DNA from: Tubiluchus corallicola
Lineage: Eukaryota > Animalia > Priapulida
Length of the DNA: 64,000 nt
Reading direction: 5' to 3'
NCBI GenBank assembly: GCA_030141605.1
Contig: JAQGDQ010000636.1
Coordinates: 58,002 to 122,001 of the forward strand
Shown: positions 24,715 through 36,635 of the stretch, piece after piece
Numbering within the stretch: position 1 is the stretch's first letter
How the letters are laid out: every line of letters begins with the position of its first letter
Notes under the pieces: generated by a model
Databases searched by the model: none
Seen by the model: the letters and a program-made list of their open reading frames with translations, nothing else
What the model was told of the DNA's origin: nothing
Position numbers and translations under genes: made by a program

Positions 24715-24826
24715 CTTCGTGCGGTTGACGACTCAATTCGTGAGCTGTCTCCGGTGTCCTGCTTGGGCGTGCCCATGTACTGCAATCGTCCTACTTTGGC
24801 TAGTGTCCTATTCCGCTCCCAACATA
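24715..24826 (-). mobile_element. Terminal fragment of the 5463-6190 MITE-like family (copy 3)
   Basis: gtgtcctgcttgggcgtgcccatg...gtgtcctattccgctcccaacata is the reverse complement of the copy-1 start. Confidence 0.65.
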
Positions 24827-25065
24827 CGGGTCTAATAGTATAGCATTTCCCATTTCACATCGTTTCAATTTTGTGCAAACTTTTTTTGCTGTGTAACTAT
24901 AATAGCGTTTTCATAATACAGAATTATGACATGATATGTAAGTCAGTTGTTGCTTGCACTTAGCCAAGAAACTATGTGCGTATGATAAAACTGATAAAAA
25001 ATCTGATGATAAAAATATTCACCATAGTTTTCGTTTCATGCTGTTGTTTGTATCATTCTCTCGCA

Positions 25066-25130
25066 TACACACACAGACACACACATGCACACACAGACAC
25101 ACGCATGTGCGCGCGCACACACACACACAC
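25066..25130. repeat. (CA)n microsatellite, imperfect
   Basis: Direct reading. Confidence 0.85.
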
Positions 25131-25655
25131 CACTCTTTCATTTTCTTTGCAAAGGATATTATTTACTGAGTTTCCATTACCTCACATTTGAATATAGCTT
25201 CAGATTGCAAAGAAAAACAATTTAAAATACAAACAACCACCATTGTTTAGTTTGATTTTTTTATTGCTACAAAGATTGTCGGTATTGTTTTAAAGAAATT
25301 TACTTGTTTCTTTGTGAAGTTCAATAACTTTTAAATATGACTTTTTTAGAATTTAATTACCAAATTCAACTAGAATAAATATAAATTATTGTGAAATTGA
25401 TTACTAATTGTTTAGAGTGTGTGCTTCTCTTCTGAAGGCAAACAATGCTGGTGTGGTTTTAGTAAATGGATGGGTGACTTTACCTGAAAAGGATATGTAA
25501 CACATCAACGCTTTACCAAGATACCACTTTTAGCCTAATGTCTCAATACAGAGAATTATTCTTGACAGTTAGCAGAGTTTTAGTCAACATTAAGTCCACA
25601 TTGAGTGCTGGATGCTGCCTTCAGTGAGCCAACCTGTATTGACAATACGCTAACA

Positions 25656-25712
25656 GAGCCTGGTTAGTGCTTGGATGGGTGACCGACTAGGAATACCATG
25701 TGCTGTAGGCTT
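25656..25712 (+). pseudogene. 5S rRNA 3'-half fragment (5S pseudogene or SINE3-type head)
   Basis: gagcctggttagtgcttggatgggtgaccgactaggaataccatgtgctgtaggctt closely follows the metazoan 5S 3' half (GGGCCTGGTTAGTACTTGGATGGGAGACCGCCTGGGAATACCGGGTGCTGTAGGCTT). The 5' half is absent. A more decayed copy lies at about 25430-25480. Confidence 0.85.
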
Positions 25713-26388
25713 GCAGGGTGCCCACACTGTATCTCGACACTAGTAGCTGTACAAGCAGCCAGCGGCTTGAGTTACAATTGTATAGGATTATAGCACAATG
25801 CCAAAGAAGACACGTTAGCGCTAAATATTCATAATGTCACTTTCATTGCAAAAATTCTTCTAGACATTTGGAATTTTCTTCCTGTATGATATGATAAGTC
25901 GTCAATGTGCATTTTATCTGTAGTAATAAAATTAAAACTATTTAAATTTACCATTTCAGATTATAAAAACTTTTCGAATTTCAGTTTCAAATTTACTAGC
26001 ACTAATTTTGGCACTAATTATGGCTAATTGTGCTCAGATTTTAAACTCAAGCAAATTTACATAAAATATTTAATAGATTTCATACATACACTTTCTAATA
26101 TCTGTGGTCTAACAGTCTGACCATTCACACAAACCTGCCCATAGCAACTATCCTGCCACATTACCTAGCATTCCACTCTTTATCAATTTAACCACTATGT
26201 GGGGCTAGGTGGGATAATAGGCAAATTTTATGTAAAATGATCATTTTTTGACTGAACAGAAATCATTAATAACAATAACACTTATTGTGCAGCTCTAATT
26301 AGCTGCCCAAGTTTTTCACCATTATAATTATTGCAATATCTAATTTTCTCTTTATCTTATAGAGTCCATGTGCAACAGATAAACAGGC

Positions 26389-27567
26389 ATGATCGAGGGA
26401 GTACAGGCTGTTGTTGTAACTGTAAAAACTGAGCCAAATATTCAAGAAGATCTGCTACCAGCATTAAGACATCTTGAGAACAGTGAAGAAAAGCCATTTA
26501 ACTGTGATGTGAACAAACTTGGTGATACGGTCCCGGACCAAATGACAAAATTGCATTCAGATGAGATGCGTTTTCAGTGCAGTGAGTGCAAAGCTGAATA
26601 TATGCATCAAAGTTATTTAAATCAACATGTGAAAGTTCATACGAGGCCTTACAAGTGTAGTCAGTGTGATGCTGCTTTTGCTAGTTCTGGACATTTGAAA
26701 CGGCATTACAAAACTCACAGCGGAGAGAAACCATTTACGTGTCCTAAATGTGGTGCTGCTTTTGCTGATGCTGGCCACTTAAAGCGACACCAAAGAACTC
26801 ACACTGGAGAAAAACCTTATGTGTGCAGAGTTTGCGCCGCTGCCTTCTCTGACTCAAGCTACTTTAAAGTTCATTTAAGGATTCACACAGGAGAAAAGCC
26901 ATTTAAATGTACTGAGTGTGATGCTGCATTTGTTAGTTCAGGCAATTTGAGGCATCACGTAAGAACTCACACAGGAGAGAAACCATTTATCTGTAATTAT
27001 TGTGGTGCAGCTTTCACTCACACGAGCCATTTAAAAATACACCTAAATGGTCACAGTGGTGAAAAGCCTTTTAAGTGTGGGCAATGTGATGCTGCCTTTT
27101 CAGCATCAAGCAATTTGAAATGCCACATGAGAACTCACACTGGAGATAAGCCATTTAAGTGCAGTATGTGTAATGCTACTTTCTCTCGTTCAAGTAATTT
27201 GAGCTACCATCTAAAAATTCACAGTGGAGAAAAACCTTTCATTTGCATCCATTGTGATGCTGCTTTCATACATTCTAGCCATTTAAAAGAACATATAAAA
27301 ACTCACACTGGTGAGAAGCCATTCAAATGCAATCACTGTGATGAGGCTTTCTCAAGGTTGTATAGTTTGAAATGCCATCTGAGTATTCACACTGGAGAAA
27401 GACCATTTAAATGCACTCACTGCGATTACGCTTCGTCACGTTCAAGCAACTTAACGGCTCATCTTAGAACTCATTCGGGCGAAAAACCATTTAAGTGCAG
27501 TCAGTGTAATTCTGCTTTCAGTCGTTCACATCATCTGAAAAGGCATGTTCTTATTCACACTACATAG
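26389..27567 (+). CDS. C2H2 zinc-finger protein, 12 fingers (392 aa)
   Basis: Twelve C2H2 fingers with TGEKPF linkers plus one degenerate N-terminal finger; acceptor ttatcttatag| at about 26362. Confidence 0.93.
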   Translation: MIEGVQAVVVTVKTEPNIQEDLLPALRHLENSEEKPFNCDVNKLGDTVPDQMTKLHSDEMRFQCSECKAEYMHQSYLNQHVKVHTRPYKCSQCDAAFASSGHLKRHYKTHSGEKPFTCPKCGAAFADAGHLKRHQRTHTGEKPYVCRVCAAAFSDSSYFKVHLRIHTGEKPFKCTECDAAFVSSGNLRHHVRTHTGEKPFICNYCGAAFTHTSHLKIHLNGHSGEKPFKCGQCDAAFSASSNLKCHMRTHTGDKPFKCSMCNATFSRSSNLSYHLKIHSGEKPFICIHCDAAFIHSSHLKEHIKTHTGEKPFKCNHCDEAFSRLYSLKCHLSIHTGERPFKCTHCDYASSRSSNLTAHLRTHSGEKPFKCSQCNSAFSRSHHLKRHVLIHTT

Positions 27568-27924
27568 TTTTTACTTTACAGAATTCATTATAATGTTTTG
27601 TAAAGACAATGTGATTCTCTGACAATTAGATCTTTGTCAGGAAGAGACATCTACTGGATTTAAGTGTAACTTCAAGTGCTCTTGTAAAGTCCCCATCAAC
27701 TAAAATTTGCATGCTTGCTGAGTGTTTTGTAGAAACACTACGAGAAATAATGGCTAGTATTTCTAGCGATTTTCTCAAGATCATGTTTTTCAGTGCACTG
27801 CGTGCATCTCAACTTCAATGTGGATTACCTCAGCTTAGACTTAGAAATAACATAGAATGATGAGCTTGGTATTAAAATCATCCTCGTGAAATGGAGATTC
27901 AGGGTATATGAAATTATTGAACAT

Positions 27925-28242
27925 TTTATTCTGCCAGCATGCTAAACTTCTTAGGTTCATAATAAAGCATTTCTGTACCATAGTGTGAAGAAAATAAAAA
28001 TGTGTTAGGAAAATTATCTTGCCAGAATCATCAATAGGTGGCTCTGCTCAATCTTTATTCTACGAGAATGCTAAACTTTTCAGGTTCATAATGGAGTATT
28101 TCTGCACCACTCTGTGACTAAAATAAAAACGTGTTAGAAAAATTAGCTAGCCAAAATCACCGATAGGTGGTTCTGCTTTGTCTTTATTCTACCAGCATGC
28201 TAAACTTCTCACGTTCATAATAGACTATTTCTGTATCACAGT
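27925..28242. repeat. About 130-bp diverged tandem repeat, about 2.4 copies
   Basis: atgctaaactt...ggttcataat...atttctg...aaaataaaaa.gtgttag...ataggtgg.tctgct...tctttattc recurs. Confidence 0.8.
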
Positions 28243-30627
28243 TCTCGCGAAGTTCGTCTCATCATTACAGCCTTAACATAAGCTTAAAAAATTTAACTTG
28301 ACTTGTGGTGTGTAAGAACTTTTAACACACCTAGTATTGATTTTTCCTTTAATTAAACATTACATCGCTTGTGTCCTGTGCTCATCTCTCCTTCATTATA
28401 AACAATTTTTTGATCTCATTTTCTACACTTTAAGCTTATTAGAACATTTAAATAGTTTACACTTCCCCCTAATCTTACTGTACTTACTTGCTTCTGAATG
28501 ACCGTTTACATTAATAGTGCTGTAGTTTTGTATATTTAAGCTGTGTAAGACAGATTTACCTTGAACATTTAGACCTGTAGGTGATCCAAGCTATTGGTTC
28601 CCCTGTGTTTTAATATAGTTGCATAATGTAATTGCTCGTGACTTGTTAATATTAACGTTATTTGACTCTGATTGTATACGGACATAATGCGTCTTTTTCT
28701 TAGGTAAAAGTGTTCGTGTCTATGGTATGTTTTTGGTATAAATATGAACTGCATTTTTGTTAGTCAATCATGTATGTGTTTGATATTTTGTGACATTTAA
28801 AAAGTCATGATAAATATTGCTTCTTTTTCAGTGATTGTTTCTGTCAGTGTAAAAAGTATTTGTTTGAAATTTATGTTTATGTGAAATACTCCTTTTTCTA
28901 GTTATGAAACAACTCTTCAATGTTATTGTTAGCTCTGTTTGTTTTCATTTTCAAGCAGTTAACAGTGCCAGCAATGATTCAACATAATCTGCACCTTTAC
29001 AGGATCTGGAAGAAAACCATAATATAGTTCACTATTCATTTCAGGTTAACAGGCTTAATAATTGCGGGCAAATTTTTCTCCCCCTGAAGTTGCTTCTTTG
29101 ACTTCAGTTTCCCTTGAGCCTTTTGTCTTAGCTAAGACATTATCTTGCAAACACAACAGTATCACAAAACAATAACCTAACCTAACCCTACACATATGAA
29201 ACTATTAAAGTTTTTGTTTGTCTTTATAAATTATAATATCTTCGTTTTTAAACTGTTTATTTTGTACTTTTATTAAGTAACAGTAAAAAAATCTGATTGG
29301 TAATATGCAACATTTCTAAAATCAAATAAAGATGAATTACACAAACAGCAAAAAAAATAAACCTAAAAAGTAATTTAAAATTCACATTAAAGTTGTAGTT
29401 CGCCAGGCGTCCTTTTTACATCTCCTAGTCCTCCCTTTTTACATCTCCTAGTCCTAGTCCTCCCTTTTTACATCTCCTAGAACAAATTCGCAAGTAGAAC
29501 TATATACAGTGTATTGCGGAAGGATACAGAAGAGAGGAGGTAAGACGAATCTACAATGGCGTCAACACGTTTTTGTAAATGCCTTAGCGTTTTTGAGTAG
29601 AAATCAGCCTAGTAGTACAATATACAATTGCTACTCGCCCTGATATAAAAGGGATTTAGGCACCGGACGGATGGATGAAATCGGAGAATGAATTTATTTC
29701 AATAAAATTTATTTCAATCAGGCGATGTAATTGTTGTTGGAACGGTAAGACAAATTACATTTAGAGAATAAAGAATGGAAAAACTGTGCGTTACACTGAT
29801 GCAGTAAAATGCAGTTATTGACAAGCATTAATTTTACATTTGTTGTTTTCCATAAGCAGTTTAGGTTATATATTTATTTACTTTAATCAACTTTTGAACT
29901 TTAAACGCTGAGAAGTACACTGCAAAATGCAAATAAGAACGTCAGTTGATTCCTCGTGTTGACATATTATGCATTACATAATATCAATTTTGTAACAGCT
30001 ATTCAGCTGCCATTCAACTGCTAGTGTCAGTTAAGTGCAGGAATAATTTGCTTCTTGATGTATGCAATTTTAACTCTTTAAACATTTTCTACTTGCAATT
30101 CAAGAATCTTATGCGTTTCGTTAAGCGACGCTTGCTTTTCATGCGATAATCGAAATTCATCTGTACACCATATTAGGATGAGATAACAATTAATCGCAAT
30201 TCAATTTAGTTAAGTTTATTAGGTTGAAAATCAACAAGCACGAACACATTACAATTAGTGTACAATACGTACAAGTTTACAAAATATTAATATCAATAAC
30301 CCAAAGTTCATAATTACAACATAGTAATGTATACTAAAAATGTGAAAATTTGTTTTTACCAACTTGTCTATGTGATACTAGACTAATGTAACTCATGCTT
30401 ATTAGGTAATTAGTTGTCCTCTTTACCACCAGGTTGGACGTTATACTTTATTTTATAGTTTTGCTTGTAGAAAGTGACAATCGCAGAAAACTTATTGCAA
30501 AAAATTTCAACTCAAATATTATGCCTTTTTCTGCCATTTTCCATTTTCTGTGAATGAATCATTTAAGAAAATGTTGTACGAAATGCAGAAATCAACATAA
30601 TTATGCAGGTAGTTGCTGTGTCATGGA

Positions 30628-30882
30628 CTAGACATCTATGATTTGCAGACTTGATGTTACATGGGCATTAAAACTTTGATTTCCAAATACATAATCTGAA
30701 TAAAACTGCTCTATGTCAATCCATATGGCATAGTGGGCAAGTCTAACTCCCAAAATCACCATAGATTTGTCATATCCTTCAAATTTTTGCTCTCTGTATG
30801 CTGAATCTTTAACATTTGCTTGTTGAATGCCAACTACTTCCCTTGTTGGTGTGTTTAGTACATATGGCCCACCAGATTCACC
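30628..30882 (-). CDS. Trypsin-fold protease, alternative terminal exon 7B (Ser form, GESGGP)
   Basis: Starts tatagcag|ggt. GESGGPYVLNTPTREVVGIQQANVKDSAYREQKFEGYDKSMVILGVRLAHYAIWIDIEQFYSDYVFGNQSFNAHVTSSLQIIDV then stop. Paralogous to exon 7A (EVVGI, WIDIEQ). Confidence 0.8.
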   Translation of the reverse strand, partial: GESGGPYVLNTPTREVVGIQQANVKDSAYREQKFEGYDKSMVILGVRLAHYAIWIDIEQFYSDYVFGNQSFNAHVTSSLQIIDV

Positions 30883-31597
30883 CTGCTATAAGAAAATACA
30901 ACATAATGATTGCAGTGAACAAGAAACACCTAAAATACAACATAATGATTGTAGTGAACAAGAAACATGTAAATGATAATCTACAGTAAAGTGTAAAGTT
31001 TCATATTTGATATCGTTTGTAATACTTTCACTAGTTTTGCATTTAATTATTTGTATTTGATGTTGCTTGTATTGGTAGTTTGTTTTTAACACTATTGCAC
31101 ACAGCAGTTTTTGTAACTGATTATACAAAATTGTATATGTGTATGTGTTATAATAAGGAGAACTTGCTTTTTTAATTTAAATAAAAAAGTTAATTGAAAT
31201 TTTGAAGAAAATTTCAAAAACTAGTACAACGTATTACTAATATTGTTAAGGTTTTCTCTCCTTTGCATTGATGCCAAGGTGCTTTGTGGGTTAAATTACA
31301 ATTTGCTTTAACTAGATACGACCTTTGACCCTTCGGCTAAAGTTATTACTGACCCCATGGCTATCGAGGAGCGGATTATGTCCACACATATTAAAGCCGC
31401 CCCCCCAAAAAAAATTAAGATCATTTTGATTCATAATTATTACGATTTCCAAAATCTTTGGCTGATCACACTTTTACAGCATCAGTATCAAAAACATCAT
31501 CGAATTGTCAGTTATCATTATTAAAAATCAAACATCATTTTTATCGCACAATATCAATAAGTCCATTTAAAAATGACTCCTCTCATTATAAATAAAG

Positions 31598-31735
31598 TTG
31601 TTGTTGCTGTTGTTGCTGCTGTTTTTATTTGTTGTTGTTGTTGTTCTTGTTGTTGTTGTTGCAGCTGCTGCTGTTGTTATTTGTTGTTGTTGTTGTTTTT
31701 GTTGTTGTTATTGCTGTTGCTGTTGTTGTTGTTGT
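31598..31735. repeat. (GTT/GCT)n microsatellite
   Basis: Direct reading. Confidence 0.85.
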
Positions 31736-32156
31736 GGAATTGATGTTAGGGTGTCGTTGTTATTGTCATCATTTTATTATTTTACTATTCGATTACTTAA
31801 TTAATTAATAATTAGTTATTAATTAATTATTTATTAATTATTATATATTAATTAATTAATAGCAGGCAGTACGGTAAATAATTTAATTATGGGGAGGCTA
31901 TCAGAAAAAAATGAGAAGAGAGTGTCACCTACGTCACATTTATAATTTTTCATAAATTTCTCCAGTTTTTTTGTTATTTGAGAAATCAGATTTTACATGT
32001 TTGTAAATTTTAATCAACCTGCTTGCAATTTTTCCACATTTTAGGAAATGTTTGTACATGTCACATATCTCCTTGCGAATATATTGTCGTCATTTCACAA
32101 TCAATATAAATTTTTTAAATAAAATCTTGTTATTTCTGTAATTACTAATTACTTAC

Positions 32157-32284
32157 AAAGCCAGAGAAGACTCCAGGATGGTGCGCACAGATGTAAATTC
32201 TTGACCTAAACATCTCACAACGACCTCCATCAGTGACTGTGAAGGTCGCCTTTTGCAGGTTAAAATATGGTTCATGGGGTGTGT
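32157..32284 (-). CDS. Trypsin-fold protease, alternative exon 6B
   Basis: Bounded by tttcag|ac and ttt|gtaagt; 128 nt, same length and phases as exon 6A. (D)TPHEPYFNLQKATFTVTDGGRCEMFRSRIYICAHHPGVFSGF. Confidence 0.8.
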
Positions 32285-32812
32285 CTGAAATATGAAGCTG
32301 GTGAGTGAAGTATATCCCACTTCTGACACCATGTTTTATGTTGATGTACCTGGATTTCTATCTAGTAGAAATAACGAAATACAGTATGCCATTATGCGTG
32401 TTACCGAACTACTATTTTACATTGCGTTCTGACGCATTAATAGATAACAGTGAGAAAGTTGCCACTCACGGTGAAGGATAATGGCCGATATTGATACAAT
32501 TTGTCACTTCATGGTTTTCTGAAATTTACATTTCCTTGCAGCTAATCTTGTTCAAGTCAGTGAGCTTAAAGGAAAAGCTAACTCTTCTAGGAGACTAGTC
32601 TTATTTCAATGTTCATGAAAGGATTTAAAAATTAAACTGCAATAAACTAAATTGAAAAAAAAGCTGCAAACAGTCAGTCATTCGTTAAATGTATAATAAG
32701 TTTTTACAGAAAAATTAGCGAGCTAATTTCGAAATATGTTTGCATGGATATTAAGTAAGCTGCAGAAATTTGAAATAGTTCAAGAAGCTCGCTTGCGAAA
32801 AGTCAAAAAGTC

Positions 32813-34296
32813 TGTTATGAATAAATTTCGGAATCATGAATTAAGTGATTAATTAATGGAGTTATCAACTTCATTAGATTATGTTGATAAAGAGACCTCC
32901 TAATTGGATTAGATAAATTTATTGAAAGATTATAGGAACTCACTTAGCTGATAAAGCATATATTTAATGCGAGGCAAGAAATTATCGTCACAAGTTTGTG
33001 TTTACAAGGAATAGAACAGGTGTTCATTTAGAGAGTAAAAGTTTGTCACAGGTGTTTGAGTTTAGGGGAAGGTAAGCTGATTTTTATAACATTGCGTGGT
33101 TAGATAATAAACCTCATGTAATATTATGCGGAGTTGCTGTACTATAATTGTGAAGAAGCAGAAAGTGGTTCTTTTCTTGAACAAGGGTTTGTAATCCAAG
33201 CGACGCAAGGAGCAAAGGACGAAGCCGAGTAGCAGAGTTTTTCTCATGTAAGACCTGGCCATCTGGATGGTCATAAACCACCAAGCCACAAACGTGACCC
33301 CTGAACTATTGCGAAGCATTGCAGCGTTCGCGCGCAATCTTACGAAGACTCCATTAGAGTATATAAGATGGTGTTTTGGAAGAGCACGTTGCTAGTCGGT
33401 TGCGGAACACGTTGTGAGTCAGTCCGGGAGAGAGGAGATCAAGTCTGGAGAGGCTACAGGAATTCTGAGAGAAGCAAAGACACGCTAGACCCAGCGTAGA
33501 CAACAATCTGCGTCCTCAACGATTTGAGCACTGGATCTGCGGATTTGACCAATTGAACAGTTGTCATTGGTCATTCCACCAAGTTAAGTGATCTTAACAT
33601 ATTGTAACTTGAGAGCAACTCTGCATAGTAAATTCACAGTGTAATAGACACCTTAAGTGTAACTTGTAGTTGATTGTAATTGCATATTTCACATTGTAAT
33701 TAGCACCTTAAGTGCGAAGCGAGGAAATAGTTAAGTGAATCTGATTAGTGTCTCTTGGAGCTAATTATTAATTGTGAGCGTCTTTGGCGATTAAGATCAA
33801 ACATTGTAATATTAGTTGACTAAGAGTAATTGTTGTGAACAATAAACGGATTTCGCTTTAACTTAAATGAATAGTTTGAGTATGCTTATAGGTGTTTCAG
33901 TTAAGCAACATTAAATTCTGAAAACGAATCTGAAGATTTGCTCTGTACATTAAGTAATTTACGAGTTCAATTGCGGGAACTTTTGCTAGTAAGCTTTAGA
34001 GATTAAGACTCTCTTCACAGCGCGGAGTCATAGAAACAGTCTTGTGAGAAGTTATCATTGCTCTATAGACTTTATCTTAAGCTCTAGGAGCCAGGTTGTA
34101 AATAACCTTATAGCAATTAGTGCAATAGAGGCAAATCACTTAAATAAGTCGTGTGTCTTACGTCACGTGTTATACGATCACGAGCGAGAGATAAGAATCA
34201 ATATTAATTAGAGAGATTAATATTACATGATAACGACAACGATAATTGGTACTAGTGACCATAGTAATAAAGATAGTATAACTGGTGAGCCGTGAC
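32813..34296 (+). mobile_element. Probable LTR (solo or truncated) of an LTR retrotransposon
   Basis: TGTT start, GC-richer interior, TATATAAG at about 33360, AATAAA at 33841, ...TATTACA at about 34227 and a PBS-like TGGTGAGCCGTGAC at 34283. No target-site duplication could be fixed. Confidence 0.4.
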
Positions 34297-34829
34297 CAAG
34301 ATATACACTATAAGTCTCCAAGTCACGTCATAATGTTCAAGTGAATGTTCAAGTGAATGGTAACAACAGTCTCACCTGAAAATTTCTATTCAGAGAGAGT
34401 ATGTTTTAAATTGATGCTTTATTAGCAGTTCTTTGCAAATTTCGTTGTTATATTCTTCTACGTTCAAGCGATAACAGTAAAATAAACCCAACATTACGAA
34501 TGACTTGTTCTTTCCTTTAATACGATGCTATGTAATTGATGATACATTGCTCTGTAAACTGCAGCGTATGATACTGATACATATGATACATTGTTCTCTA
34601 AACTGTAGCATTATACAAAAAGCACAAACAGTAAACATTTAACAAGGAGAATATTTCGAAATACATAACAATAAGAATTTATTTTATTTAAATTTTATTA
34701 AAAATACGTTGTGCACAATTTTAGCCAATCAAAGATATAATTTGCTTTTAGAAAGTGATACTCAAAGCAGAAGTGATGAGACAATTTTTTCTTAAAAATT
34801 ATAAAACAGTACCTAAAAGTTCTTTTTTA

Positions 34830-35144
34830 TTATTTACTTTGATTTTTAATAATCATTAAAAAACTCGTAGACAATATTGTAATTATAGAGATCGCTGTTG
34901 TGTCATGTCCTAGAGCTCCTTCAGATGTTACAGGGGCGACAAAACCTTCGTCTCCATACTCATACCTTGAAAAAGCCTGCTCAATATCAATCCATGCTAA
35001 ATAATAGCTAATTCTTGGTCCTATTATTATTGAATTTTCATCAAGATGTGGCTGATCGTCCGGTCCTTGACCTGAACTGCCTTGAAAAATGCCAACAACT
35101 TCCAGAGTTAGTGGGTTTAATAAAAGCGGTCCACCACAATCACC
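34830..35144 (-). CDS. Trypsin-fold protease, terminal exon 7A (Cys form, GDCGGP) with hydrophobic C-tail
   Basis: Starts ttctgtag|ggt gat tgt ggt gga ccg. GDCGGPLLLNPLTLEVVGIFQG...IIGPRISYYLAWIDIEQ...EGALGHDTTAISIITILSTSFLMIIKNQSK then stop. Confidence 0.85.
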   Translation of the reverse strand, partial: GDCGGPLLLNPLTLEVVGIFQGSSGQGPDDQPHLDENSIIIGPRISYYLAWIDIEQAFSRYEYGDEGFVAPVTSEGALGHDTTAISIITILSTSFLMIIKNQSK

Positions 35145-36284
35145 CTACAGAAAGAATATAAATAAATAAATATATATATATATAATAAATTTATATATAA
35201 GCATATATATATATGCATATATTTATGCATGCAGATACTACGCACTTATACTCATGTATGCACACACTCACAGCTTCATATGAGTCTGCATGCATGTGAT
35301 TTATGTGTGTGCGTGCATGCGTGTGTGTGTGCGTGTGTGCGTAAATTTGTGTGTGTGATATTTATAGTAATAAATCTTCATACATATTAATACATTCAAA
35401 ACTTCCATGTCATAATTACAGGTGTATTTTTTAAAAAAGGATTAGAAAGATCTAAATGTCGTTTATTTATTAAAAAGATGCAGCTTTACATATTGTGTGC
35501 GGTTATCAATTGATATGGCAATTATGCCAATCATTTGTTATAAACATGTCCCCAATTTCTTCACATTAGAGAAACTTACCCGTTCAGTGTTACACCTAAT
35601 TTCACACGTATTTTTAGTGAAATTTTACTTTTTTAATACAAAGCGAGTTTATTGGTAGTTTGTATTATACCTTATTGTTTTCAGATGTTTATTTGGGGTT
35701 TGTTTGCTGTTTTTAAAAAAATTAATGAGTCTTGTTATGCTGAAGGTGTTGAGTAGTAGCAAAGGCACAAAAAATTTTGCACATCAACGCATTAATAATC
35801 AATAAGACGCGAACATCCTACACAGTGTTCATTTATAAATATTTATCTAACGCAAACCCTGAAGCAGCTTTTGCTGAAGCAAAGTTAAAGCCTGAATACA
35901 AGAGAATGATGCTAGAACCATGCAAACGTGTAGCTTGTAAGCGAAAATCGCCCAAAATGGAACCTCCGATTAACTCGTTACCACTCCTCTTGGTGAAAGT
36001 GCGCAAACATGTGACCGACATTGTCGTGTAGCCCTGTTAATCGTCTTTCCTAAGAACTAAACATATCCCAGTGTCCCACCATGTGCTGCTATAACTTTCT
36101 TCTTACATGCTGTTTGGTTAATATTTTTGGTATGTCTTTCCCTCAACAAACTAATTTCGCTTTACCCACAAATAATGTAAATTGCCCAACGAGATTAAAT
36201 TTAGTGAACTAAGATTTGTCATTTTGCTGAATTTTACCCGTTCATGTAGTTTATAAGAATAAGTCTACTATTGCTATTACTTAC

Positions 36285-36412
36285 CCAGCCACCAATACGT
36301 CCTGGGTGGTGTGCACAGATGAAAAGCCTTTGGTCATAGTCTTTGCAATCACCCCGATCAGTAACTACGAAGTAACCCTTCTGCAACCGATCTTTTTGTT
36401 CTTTTGGTCTGT
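36285..36412 (-). CDS. Trypsin-fold protease, exon 6A
   Basis: Bounded by ttttag|ac and tgg|gtaagt; 128 nt. (D)RPKEQKDRLQKGYFVVTDRGDCKDYDQRLFICAHHPGRIGGW; retains the Cys168/Cys182 equivalents. Confidence 0.85.
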
Positions 36413-36635
36413 CTAAAATATTCGCATTGGTGTCAACTACATTTCCTTACTGCTAATGTAGTTCAATTCAATCGGCCTAATAGAGTACGACTAATAAAAG
36501 CAGCAAATGTGAAGACAAAACAGCTCTCTGTGAATCATAACACCTGGAGGATGACAAACGCTGCAGTGCTGAAATTACTTTTCACAATTAATTGCAAGTC
36601 TTTAAATAGTCAAAATATAAAAAAACATTGCATAC

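Noticed and set aside
25656-25712. Functional 5S rRNA gene
   Set aside because: The 5' half and A-box are missing and there is no oligo-T terminator.
32470-32518. Possible upstream exon for cassette B (ag|...|gtgagt on the minus strand)
   Set aside because: 49 nt; the frame that would join exon 6B contains a TGA, and there is no similarity to exon 5 (no GWG or DIA motif).
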